A stretch of DNA of 63,240 bases, filler included, from Gemmatimonadota bacterium (GTDB taxonomy: Bacteria; 4572-55; J002): assembly GCA_003697105.1 (NCBI GenBank). It is 3 parts of 3 records of this genome, joined end to end, with 100 filler letters (N's around TTAATTAATTAA, not from the genome) between each part and the next. Parts side by side here need not be neighbours in the genome. Positions count along the whole stretch, not along the records: positions 28,364 to 49,598 come from RFFQ01000179.1; positions 49,699 to 63,240 come from RFFQ01000180.1; 1 more part is not named here. One strand, given 5' to 3'. Below the pieces are notes generated by a model. The model was not told where the DNA came from and ran no database searches. It saw nothing but the letters and a program-made list of their open reading frames with translations. Both the position numbers and the translations under genes were made by a program. Positions 48,630 to 56,956 of the stretch are shown one piece after another (within the stretch, counting starts at the first letter, position 1; every line of letters starts with the position of its first letter).

Positions 48630-49371
48630 CCCCTGCCGGGGTAACCGCCTACAAGGACGTATCCAGCGGGTGGAATCCCTGACCTCCCTTGAAAAAAACC
48701 GCATGTTTGAATTATTGCAAAACCATTTTTTAGGAATCCATCATGCCCAATTTGAGCAAGATTTAGCCGAAAAATCGTGGGTGATCTTCCTCGATGAGGT
48801 ACAAACCGGACAAATTCAGGGTTTTACTACCCTGATGCTCCTCCAGATAGAATTGGATGGTCACCCCTATGCAGCCCTTTTCTCCGGGGACACGATTATC
48901 AACCGGGAATTTTGGGGAGAAACGGTGTTGCCCCGCTTGTGGATTCGATGGGCATTACAGGTAGCGAGGTCAATTCCGGTTCAGCCGGTATATTGGCTGT
49001 TAATCTGCTCCGGGTATAAAACATACCGCTTTTTGCCCCTTTTTTATCGCGAATTTTACCCCCATTTTCGGCAAGCTACCCCACCCCACATCCAAAAAGT
49101 CATCGATACATTTGCCCGGCAAAAATTCGATACCGCATATGAGCCACAGCGTGGAATTGTACGTTTCGCGAATCCCTCGCCGCTACGTGCCGGAGTTGCC
49201 GAAATTACCCCCAACCGCCTCAAAGACCCACATATTGCCTTTTTTGCCCAAAAAAACCCGGGACATCTTCACGGGGATGAACTGGTCTGCTTGACCCGGC
49301 TCGCTGTAGATAATCTAACTAAAGCGGGAAAACGGATGTTGGAAGGAGGAAGGAGGAAGGATGAAGGATGA
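48580..49371 (+). CDS. Uncharacterised protein, possibly GNAT/acyl-CoA N-acyltransferase fold
   Basis: Likely start ATG 48580 (SD GGAG); IQGFTT, FSGDTIINREFWG and YWLLICSGYKTYRFLP motifs; coupled to the upstream gene. The fold call is inference. Confidence 0.6.
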   Translation: MNSSTPAPPTLTSPRIDPCRGNRLQGRIQRVESLTSLEKNRMFELLQNHFLGIHHAQFEQDLAEKSWVIFLDEVQTGQIQGFTTLMLLQIELDGHPYAALFSGDTIINREFWGETVLPRLWIRWALQVARSIPVQPVYWLLICSGYKTYRFLPLFYREFYPHFRQATPPHIQKVIDTFARQKFDTAYEPQRGIVRFANPSPLRAGVAEITPNRLKDPHIAFFAQKNPGHLHGDELVCLTRLAVDNLTKAGKRMLEGGRRKDEG

Positions 49372-49589
49372 GGGATGAGGGATGAAGGAGGAAGGAGGAA
49401 GGATGAAGGATGAAGGATGAAGGATGAAGGATGAAGGATGAGGGATGAAGGATGAAGGATGAAGGAGGAAGGAGGAAGGAGGAAGGAGGAAGGAGGAAGG
49501 ATGAAGGATGAGGGATGAAGGATGAAGGATGAAGGAGGAAGGAGGAAGGAGGAAGGAGGAAGGATGAAGGAGGAAGGCGGAAGGATGAA
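49342..49589 (+). repeat. Heptamer tandem repeat (GAAGGAT/GAAGGAG/GAGGGAT), about 35 units
   Basis: Directly visible; runs almost to the contig end. Confidence 0.95.
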
Positions 49590-49598
49590 TGGTAAAAG

Positions 49599-49698
49599 NN
49601 NNNNNNNNNNNNNNNNNNNNNNNNNNNNNNNNNNNNNNNNNNTTAATTAATTAANNNNNNNNNNNNNNNNNNNNNNNNNNNNNNNNNNNNNNNNNNNN
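49599..49698. other. Artificial contig linker
   Basis: N44-TTAATTAATTAA-N44. Confidence 0.97.
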
Positions 49699-50241
49699 AC
49701 AACAGCGACATCGTCTCAATCGGGGTCATCCGTGATGCCGAATCCGCACATGTTACCGGTAGAAACGGGGGAAATGACGTGGAAAGCCCCAGAAGGCTGG
49801 GTGGAGGAGATGCCTTCATCCAGTATGCGGAAGGGTCAATTTCGCCTGCCAAAAGTGGCGGGTGACAGTGAAGATGGTGAGGTGGCCATTTTTCATTTCC
49901 CCGGTCAAGGGGGTTCGGTAGAAGCCAATCTGCAACGGTGGTACGGACAATTTTCGCAACCGGATGGGCGTTCCACCGCCGAGGTTGCAGAGCGCACCGT
50001 TCAGCAGGTGAATGGTTTGCAACAGACCTTAGTCACCTTTAACGGCACCTACCTTTTTAAAGCCAACTTGATGTCCCCTGACCCGCCGGTGGAAAAACCC
50101 GGCTACCGGATGCTCGCCGGGGTGGTGGAAACCGATGCGGGGCCCTGGTTTGTGAAAGCCACCGGTCCTGAAGCCACCATGAAGCATTGGGAAGAGAGTT
50201 TTCATGAGTTTATGAAGACCTTTAAGCTAACTACCTTGTAA
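49699..50241 (+). CDS. Hypothetical protein (PsbP/Mog1-like fold possible), 5'-truncated
   Basis: Frame is open to the contig edge; W-x-x-P-x-G-W, GGSVEANLQRWYGQF and WFVKATGP motifs. Confidence 0.65.
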   Translation, partial: TTATSSQSGSSVMPNPHMLPVETGEMTWKAPEGWVEEMPSSSMRKGQFRLPKVAGDSEDGEVAIFHFPGQGGSVEANLQRWYGQFSQPDGRSTAEVAERTVQQVNGLQQTLVTFNGTYLFKANLMSPDPPVEKPGYRMLAGVVETDAGPWFVKATGPEATMKHWEESFHEFMKTFKLTTL

Positions 50242-50266
50242 AAACATGTAAAAACAAACAGGCAAC

Positions 50267-50299
50267 ATGACTGCCAGTCCTTAAAGGACTGGCAGTCAT
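50267..50299. repeat. 33-bp palindrome, copy 1
   Basis: ATGACTGCCAGTCC-TTAAA-GGACTGGCAGTCAT. Confidence 0.9.
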
Positions 50300-50304
50300 A
50301 TTAT

Positions 50305-50410
50305 ATGCAATTCCGTGATCATCCACGACGGGTAACACCATAATCTGGCTGGGTCGATTTTCCATCAGGTGGATCGCATCTACCGCCATGGTTTGGGGGG
50401 TGACGGAAAT
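50305..50410 (-). pseudogene. Duplicated, decayed fragment of the kdsD 3' end
   Basis: 50313-50410 matches 50517-50614 at 96/98 nt; 50305-50312 matches further gene sequence with 8- and 12-nt deletions. Confidence 0.85.
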
Positions 50411-50412
50411 TG

Positions 50413-50445
50413 ATGACTGCCAGTCCTTTAAGGACTGGCAGTCAT
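50413..50445. repeat. 33-bp palindrome, copy 2 (likely also the kdsD terminator)
   Basis: ATGACTGCCAGTCC-TTTAA-GGACTGGCAGTCAT. Confidence 0.9.
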
Positions 50446-50464
50446 ATTCACAACTTCTTCCGGT

Positions 50465-51442
50465 CTAAAGTCCGGCTCGTACTAAATCATGCAAACGGAC
50501 AATTCCGACCGCTCTCCCGTGATCATCCACGACGGGTAAAACCATAATCTGGCTGGGTCGATTTTCCATCAGGCGGATCGCATCTACCGCCATGGTTTGG
50601 GGGGTGACGGAAATCGGGTGGCGGGTCATGATGTCTGCCGCCGTCAAGTTGAGCAGGTGAGACCCTTGATGTTGTAATGCCCGCCGTAAATCGCCATCGG
50701 TAATAATTCCCACCAATTTTTGATCCGCTTCTACGACGTTGACTGCCCCCATCGCTTTAGAGGTCATTTCAATAATCACTTGGGGTAGGGGCACATCACC
50801 GCCCACCCGTGGATTTTCTTCGCCGCTGTGCATCACATCTGCTACGGTTAGAAGGAGCCGTTTACCCAAACGTCCTCCCGGATGAAAGAGGGCATAGTCC
50901 TGCGGTTTGAAATCATGCAAATTGAGTAGCGTCACGGCTAAGGCATCGCCCATAACCAGCATGGCGGTTGTACTGGCGGTGGGGGCTAAATCTAGCGGGC
51001 AGGCTTCCTTTTCCACCGTGACGTTTAGCACAACATCTGCGGCTTGTGCCAACGGGGAGTCCAGATTCCCGACCATGGCAATCAATCGCGCCCCAATTTT
51101 TTTCAATACCGGTAAAATTGCCAGAATTTCATCGGACGTGCCGCTTTTACTCAGCGCAATAACGACATCATCTTTTGTCACGACACCTAAATCGCCGTGC
51201 AACCCTTCTGCCGGATGGAGAAATACCGCCAACGTACCTGTACTGCACAAGGTCGCCGTGATCTTACGGGCAATATTACCTGATTTTCCGATACCGGTGA
51301 CAATCACCTTGCCTGCGCTTTGCAAGATCAAGTTAACTGCTGCCGCAAAGGAATCATTCAATTGATCTTTGACATGTTTTACGGCATCGATTTCAACGGT
51401 AAACGTTTCGTGTGCCATGCTTAAAATTGTAGAGGTATCCAT
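50465..51442 (-). CDS. kdsD: Arabinose-5-phosphate isomerase, KpsF/GutQ family (SIS + 2 CBS)
   Basis: GIGKSG, HPAE..HGDLG, EACPLDLAPTAST, FHPGG.LG and GIITDGDLRR motifs; ATG 51442 lies 2 nt after the upstream stop. Confidence 0.93.
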   Translation of the reverse strand: MDTSTILSMAHETFTVEIDAVKHVKDQLNDSFAAAVNLILQSAGKVIVTGIGKSGNIARKITATLCSTGTLAVFLHPAEGLHGDLGVVTKDDVVIALSKSGTSDEILAILPVLKKIGARLIAMVGNLDSPLAQAADVVLNVTVEKEACPLDLAPTASTTAMLVMGDALAVTLLNLHDFKPQDYALFHPGGRLGKRLLLTVADVMHSGEENPRVGGDVPLPQVIIEMTSKAMGAVNVVEADQKLVGIITDGDLRRALQHQGSHLLNLTAADIMTRHPISVTPQTMAVDAIRLMENRPSQIMVLPVVDDHGRAVGIVRLHDLVRAGL

Positions 51443-51444
51443 TT

Positions 51445-54400
51445 TCAATATCCCACTGTGTCAAGGATGTACAATATTATTGAGAGACCCGTGAACACGG
51501 GCAATAGCAACCATAATCCAAATATCGTATAACGTTGGTGATAAAACGCAGTGACCGCTCGTTTTGCCGGAAACCAGATCAAGGCAAAGGGGATGGAGAC
51601 ATAAAAGGTCATGATGCTTACCCCCAGCATGAATAACCCAGACAGGAGTTTTCCCACCCATTTGGTTTGACGGCGAAACCACTGCCACGTGGCGATCAGA
51701 ACCATCAACATCACCAATATAATGCCCAAAATAAGGATTCCCAGACCCGGTTCGTAATAGGTGGTGAGGGTACTGATGGCTATTACCAATCCATCGATAA
51801 TTCCGAAAAGTAAAATCGCTAAAAATTGCCGGTTTTGATAGTAAAGGGACATCTGCCGCACCATGTTTGCGACCAGATAGACCACCGCCAGCGTGGGCAG
51901 GAGCAGTAAACTGTAGAATATCAGGTAAAAACCGGTGTCTGTGACCAAATCACCTTGATCTAACCCCCAAACGGTGATGATCGAGGCATCTAACAAACTG
52001 AGCATGACCAGCACAAACCACCAGAACAGGCGTCGTCGCCCACTATAATACAGGTTTAACAACAATGTAAAGGCATAAAACATTGCCACTTTGATCGGTG
52101 TTACCCATAATACCGGAAGAAAGACATTTGATTGGTATTGGGGGTTGTTCATGTGTGGGGCGACATGAACTGTTAGTACCGCAAAGAGCACCAAAAAACT
52201 CACCATATAAAAATAGCGTTGTCGCTTTTGATCATAGTAGCGAACGAGTGCCAAAAAAGAGACGACTGCCGCCAACAATGTGGCCAGTACGAGTACAAAA
52301 TCAAAGAAAAAATCGGCTAATTGCCATTTCGCCAGTACCAGCCAAAATGCTACAGTACTGAGATAACCCACCGTGTACAACACGAGGGCAAAATAACGGC
52401 ACTCTTGGAAATGCCGGCGAAATTGCCGTATCGTTTGGATTAGCAAAAACGAGAGCGCTAATACAAACAAGACCCATTGGACCCCGAATTTGAGCTTTTT
52501 TTCCTGCGCTAACTGGGACAATCTCTCCGAAAAAGAGCCATGTTTCTGGTAAAGCCGTTGCGCGGTGGGGTATAATGAGGGGCTATTCACTGCCGCCCAC
52601 TTCAGTGGGCTTTGCTCCACCGGATAAATGACTATCCAATGACCGGTTGCCGTGGCGAGTGTTTGCCCCTGAGGAGAAAATTTCGCCTCCTGAACATCAT
52701 CAGCATGTAAAAACAGGTCAACCCATTGCCCCTCCATTGACCATAAGCGGGCGCTGTTATCTTCTGAAGCGGTAAGAATATACTCACCGGTGGGTGAGAT
52801 ATCGAGGGCAGTGAGCGGTGCATCATGGACATCTAGCGTGCGGAGTTTTTGCAACCGTACCGGAGAAATTAGCGGTTCATCCCGCTGTAAGGACTTCATC
52901 ATGATGTCTTGTAAATCCAGATCGGTACGGATTGAATCCTGCACGGACCAGATGCCTAGGTGTGTGCCGTATGTTCCCACAATTCGGTGATGATCGGTGG
53001 TTACTGCCAGTTGTTCGATGGGGGGGTCAAGTTGGGCAAGGTATTTTCCGTCCTCATTCCAGAGCGTTGCCGGCTGGTTGTAGGCTTCCTTGCTGATCAC
53101 GATCCAACGGTCTGATGGCGAAAATCTGGCAAGCGAATAGCTGGAAGAGAGCACTTGGGGCGATGTACCATCTGAATGCCAAAGTTTGATGGCGCCCCAT
53201 TGGGAGGTCACTTCCGGTATTCCGGTCGCTGCTGCGGGCTGGTGGCGGGTTAGAATGCGCCGTCCATCCGCGGAAATATCTGCCCAATCCACTGGACCGG
53301 TGTCCGTATCGCCGGAATCAATCAGGGTGATTTCCCGCCGGAATTCACCATCTAGGCTCCAAAATTGGACACTGTAAGTGCGGGTCGTCGTCAGGATTTC
53401 CTCGCGATTGGGAACAAACACCGCGGAGCTGAATTGCAAGGTATCCGGCGCGACAAGACGGCACCGCCGCTGTAAATCTGCCACCGACCACACCTCAATC
53501 ACCCCAGTGCCGGTCAAGGTGACTATATGGGACCCGTCCGGAGAATATTCAAACGATTGAACCCGGCGTTCGGTACGGATCGTTTTGAACGGTGGGGGCA
53601 CACCGGTGGTTCGCGCGATGGAATCTGCCCGGGTGTAAAGTTCCTGATGCAACTGTGCGAGCTGGCGGGTTATCGGCGGCGGGACTGCCGGAAAACTAAG
53701 GGTAAATGCCCGTTCCGCCAGATAGAACCCATGTAGAAAATCGGTGGGGGATACGGCTTGGGAAGCAGACAGCAGGATGTCTTGCACCGACTGGGTGATC
53801 TCATCACTTTCTCGTTTTTCATAAAAAATGGCGAAAAGGATCATCACTACCAGCGCCACCAGCCCCAAAATATTCAATTGTTTTAACTGTTGTTGCCGTT
53901 TTTCTCGTTTATTCCGCCGGTTTAGGCTTGCCCCAATCCATTCCTGTTGAAGTGGGGTGGGTGGGGGTTGCTTATTTTCGGCGCGGGCGGTTTCCAGCCA
54001 TTCGAGGGCGACCGGTAGTTCGGAGTCTCCCAGAAGCAAATCTTCGGGACGGTGGTTGTGTTCCCATTCCTGTGCCCGTTGCGACCATTTGGTATGATTC
54101 CGTACATGTTCGCGGTCTGTGTCCAACGTCCGGATCAATTCACTAAACGCGCGGTGGAATTCTGGCGGGTTCGTCCAGTCAATTCGCTGTACCGAACGGA
54201 TTGCTTCCGGTACGTCTTCATCGGGAGTCGGGGCGATTCGCAGGGTTACAATCCGCTTATTGAATTGCTGGGCATGGGCAATCTCTGCTTTGCAATAGCG
54301 CGATTTGACCGAGTGCGGCGAGATCAAAAACAGAAAGTTATCGGCGGTTTCAATCCCACGTAGAATCTCCTGTTTGAAATCCTCTCCGGCGGCGATGCTT

Positions 54401-55761
54401 TCCAGATCAAACCAGGTGGTTTTCCCATGAATTTGCAGTTCCTCATTTAACTTTCGGGCAACGTCACTATCGGCACGGGAATACGAAATAAAAACCTCAC
54501 TGTGGAGTTGTTCACGTTTCGCATCACTCTCTAAGATAAATTGTTTGTGGAGCTTTGTTGGGGGGTAGGTGGTGCGTTGTTCTCCCAATTTTAGCCAAAT
54601 TTTGGCTTTTTCCAGATTATGGCCTCGTAACAAAATGCTGGCGTTGCCTCCCTGCCGTTGCCACTTGATTGCCTGCGCTAAAAAGACCTTATGCTGCCAG
54701 AAATACTCGCGATCGGTGTAAATTTCCTTTAGGAGTTCGTCGATGTCCCGTTCAAAATCCGCTTCTTCGCGGTTATCGGTAAAATCGATACTTTGCAGTC
54801 CCTGAATTAGCGGGGGGAGGTCTGCCGGATCGACCGCTTCAATCCGTAGGGGGATAATCCGCTTGTGATACTGCTGAACATACGCCAATTCTTTTTGACA
54901 ATATTCCGACTGGACAGATTCATGCGAGATAAAAAAGAGGAAATTATCTGCCTGAATCACCCCATCCCGGATGGCATCATCCAATTTTGACCCTTTTTGA
55001 ACATCGGTATCGTGCGTCCAGGTTGTGATGAGATGGCGTGAGAGCACCCGGCGCACCTTCTCCCGAATCGCCTGATCTGTGGAGGTGTAGGAGATAAAGC
55101 AGTCTGTCATCAGGTTATCGGCATTTTTACGTGACTCGCAAATATAGTCACATTGTAAATCTGTCGGGTGGCAGGGGGGTTGTTCCTTAAATTCTGTGAG
55201 GAGCCATTTTTGGGCGGCGTGCCGTTCTGCACCTACCAGCAGGTACGCCGTAGAGCGTTGGTGGTTCTCCCATGCGATTGCCTGATTCAACAATTGGGTG
55301 TGGTGTTCCACATATTCGCGACGGTCTTCCAGTACGCTCTGCAATGTTTGGAAGTCCGCTTCAAAGGGATAAACCGGTTCCCATTGATCCGGTGGGGTAT
55401 CCGCATCATATTTTTCTTCAAACAGTAGCCAATTGAGTTTGCGGATTACCGGGTGCATTTGCTGTTCACTGGCGGTGATATGTAAAATGGGGATGATTCG
55501 CTTGCCGAGCCGGACTGCCTGATCGATCTCTTTCCGGCAATACTCCGATTCCACCGAGCGCGGGGCAATAATGAAGATAAAATTGTGTGCTTGCACAATC
55601 CCGACATCAATTGCTTGCTGAAAGTCTTCTGCTGCGCGAATGTCATTCTGATCCAACCACACGGAATAGCCCGCCGCCGTGAGCCGGTCATGGAGGCGTA
55701 TCGCAAAAAATTTGCTTTCGCGTCGCCCATAGGAGATAAAGACATCTTTGAATTCTGGCAT
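51445..55761 (-). CDS. Triple-TIR / TM / WD40 / multi-pass membrane protein
   Basis: Three FISY...S-x-Y-C-x-x-E TIR_2 units, each followed by an LL-x-G...A-x-x-WL...P-x-P-T linker; TM at about aa 630-648; WD40 repeats (SPDG, TASEDNSARLW); about 11 C-terminal hydrophobic helices. Confidence 0.88.
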   Translation of the reverse strand: MPEFKDVFISYGRRESKFFAIRLHDRLTAAGYSVWLDQNDIRAAEDFQQAIDVGIVQAHNFIFIIAPRSVESEYCRKEIDQAVRLGKRIIPILHITASEQQMHPVIRKLNWLLFEEKYDADTPPDQWEPVYPFEADFQTLQSVLEDRREYVEHHTQLLNQAIAWENHQRSTAYLLVGAERHAAQKWLLTEFKEQPPCHPTDLQCDYICESRKNADNLMTDCFISYTSTDQAIREKVRRVLSRHLITTWTHDTDVQKGSKLDDAIRDGVIQADNFLFFISHESVQSEYCQKELAYVQQYHKRIIPLRIEAVDPADLPPLIQGLQSIDFTDNREEADFERDIDELLKEIYTDREYFWQHKVFLAQAIKWQRQGGNASILLRGHNLEKAKIWLKLGEQRTTYPPTKLHKQFILESDAKREQLHSEVFISYSRADSDVARKLNEELQIHGKTTWFDLESIAAGEDFKQEILRGIETADNFLFLISPHSVKSRYCKAEIAHAQQFNKRIVTLRIAPTPDEDVPEAIRSVQRIDWTNPPEFHRAFSELIRTLDTDREHVRNHTKWSQRAQEWEHNHRPEDLLLGDSELPVALEWLETARAENKQPPPTPLQQEWIGASLNRRNKREKRQQQLKQLNILGLVALVVMILFAIFYEKRESDEITQSVQDILLSASQAVSPTDFLHGFYLAERAFTLSFPAVPPPITRQLAQLHQELYTRADSIARTTGVPPPFKTIRTERRVQSFEYSPDGSHIVTLTGTGVIEVWSVADLQRRCRLVAPDTLQFSSAVFVPNREEILTTTRTYSVQFWSLDGEFRREITLIDSGDTDTGPVDWADISADGRRILTRHQPAAATGIPEVTSQWGAIKLWHSDGTSPQVLSSSYSLARFSPSDRWIVISKEAYNQPATLWNEDGKYLAQLDPPIEQLAVTTDHHRIVGTYGTHLGIWSVQDSIRTDLDLQDIMMKSLQRDEPLISPVRLQKLRTLDVHDAPLTALDISPTGEYILTASEDNSARLWSMEGQWVDLFLHADDVQEAKFSPQGQTLATATGHWIVIYPVEQSPLKWAAVNSPSLYPTAQRLYQKHGSFSERLSQLAQEKKLKFGVQWVLFVLALSFLLIQTIRQFRRHFQECRYFALVLYTVGYLSTVAFWLVLAKWQLADFFFDFVLVLATLLAAVVSFLALVRYYDQKRQRYFYMVSFLVLFAVLTVHVAPHMNNPQYQSNVFLPVLWVTPIKVAMFYAFTLLLNLYYSGRRRLFWWFVLVMLSLLDASIITVWGLDQGDLVTDTGFYLIFYSLLLLPTLAVVYLVANMVRQMSLYYQNRQFLAILLFGIIDGLVIAISTLTTYYEPGLGILILGIILVMLMVLIATWQWFRRQTKWVGKLLSGLFMLGVSIMTFYVSIPFALIWFPAKRAVTAFYHQRYTIFGLWLLLPVFTGLSIILYILDTVGY

Positions 55762-55789
55762 GAATGTCCTTTATGGGAAAGATTCTGGC

Positions 55790-55822
55790 AGGATTGCGTG
55801 TCCTTATGGGACGGGCAGTCAT
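55790..55822. repeat. Degenerate third copy of the 33-bp palindrome
   Basis: AGGATTGCGTGTCCTTATGGGACGGGCAGTCAT matches copy 1 at 26/33 nt and still folds as a hairpin. Confidence 0.6.
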
Positions 55823-55836
55823 GCCGTTATGGAAAA

Positions 55837-56949
55837 TTACGTCATTCCGCACTGTTGCATCAGCTGGCGAGTGGCGCCGAACACCTCCTCGACCGGAATC
55901 GCCGCTAGGGTATCCGCGGCAGTTTCTACCACGCGATAGGGTACGCCAAACGGATGCCATTGGGTATTTTTGGTCTGGAACAGCCCCACCGTCGGGATGC
56001 CCAGCGCCGAGGCGAAGTGAATTGCAGAGGTATCCGGTGAGAGGAGTACATCACTGCAGTGGATGAGGGCGGCAAAATCATCAATGTGGGGGGTGGGAGG
56101 GGAAAGCTGGCATCGCTCCGAACCCACTCCGATTAAAATCTGATTCGCTTGAGCCTGATCGGAGGGGGCATGTAACAGCCATACCCCGCACTGGGGGTCA
56201 TTATCTAGCAAAAGGCGACTCAACTGGATAAAGTTTTCCACTCCCCAAAATCGTGTAGGCGAACTCGCACTGATATTGACCGCAATCAGCCGTTCCACGG
56301 CTTGCCCAAATTGTTGCCGCTGACGGGTCGCCCATTGTTGCCGTTGTTCCGAAAGGGGGTAATATGGGCGTAATGTCGTCATGTCAAATGAATCATCCAG
56401 CGCTAACATCAATTGACCCAGTACCTGAATCATATGACCTTCTTGCGGAGTGATTTGTTGGGGAACCACAATATTTGCCGCGTAATCCGTTTTTTTAGCG
56501 AGGCTGATCCGGTACGGTGCGCGGAGGAGTTGCATCAGTATTGCCACCGTGGTGGATCGATCATGCCCTAAATCGATAATCACATCATAGCGCTGGCGGC
56601 GCAACGTGACGATCAGTTGCCATATCCGAAACGGATTTTTGCGATAGACAAAAATCTGCCGCAAATGCGTATCTGCCGAAAGTAATTGCGCGTTTTTCTC
56701 CCCCAATAGCATATCCAGCGTAAAATGGGGATAGTGTGACCAAATTGCCCGAATGACCGGTGTGGAAACCAGCAAATCTCCAATCCGTGCGGGACGAAGG
56801 AGTAATAGGGTGTATGGTTTTTCCGGGTGGGGTAGGGTTTTGAACGGCGTTTGTGATGGCAACAGCCATTTGATGAGCTTTGCTAACCCTCGCCGAGAGA
56901 TGATCTCAAGTGTTTTCATCTGTTCCGTTGGGATAAGGTCATTTTTCAA
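55837..56949 (-). CDS. Glycosyltransferase family 9 (LPS heptosyltransferase-like)
   Basis: RIGDLL.STP, YDVIID and SPDTSAIHFASALGIPTVGLF motifs. Start may be ATG 56919. Confidence 0.9.
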   Translation of the reverse strand: MKNDLIPTEQMKTLEIISRRGLAKLIKWLLPSQTPFKTLPHPEKPYTLLLLRPARIGDLLVSTPVIRAIWSHYPHFTLDMLLGEKNAQLLSADTHLRQIFVYRKNPFRIWQLIVTLRRQRYDVIIDLGHDRSTTVAILMQLLRAPYRISLAKKTDYAANIVVPQQITPQEGHMIQVLGQLMLALDDSFDMTTLRPYYPLSEQRQQWATRQRQQFGQAVERLIAVNISASSPTRFWGVENFIQLSRLLLDNDPQCGVWLLHAPSDQAQANQILIGVGSERCQLSPPTPHIDDFAALIHCSDVLLSPDTSAIHFASALGIPTVGLFQTKNTQWHPFGVPYRVVETAADTLAAIPVEEVFGATRQLMQQCGMT

Positions 56950-56956
56950 CTCTCCA

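Noticed and set aside
49342-49589. Repetitive RiPP precursor for the radical SAM enzymes
   Set aside because: The sense strand is full of TGA stops; the antisense FILHPSS frame has no visible start or RBS.
50267-50445. Mini-CRISPR array with a self-targeting spacer
   Set aside because: Only two repeats, a 113-nt 'spacer' and no cas genes. The pattern is fully explained by a local tandem duplication.
50313-50614. Diversity-generating retroelement TR/VR pair
   Set aside because: Only two substitutions, not consistently at adenines; no reverse transcriptase; the target is a housekeeping gene.
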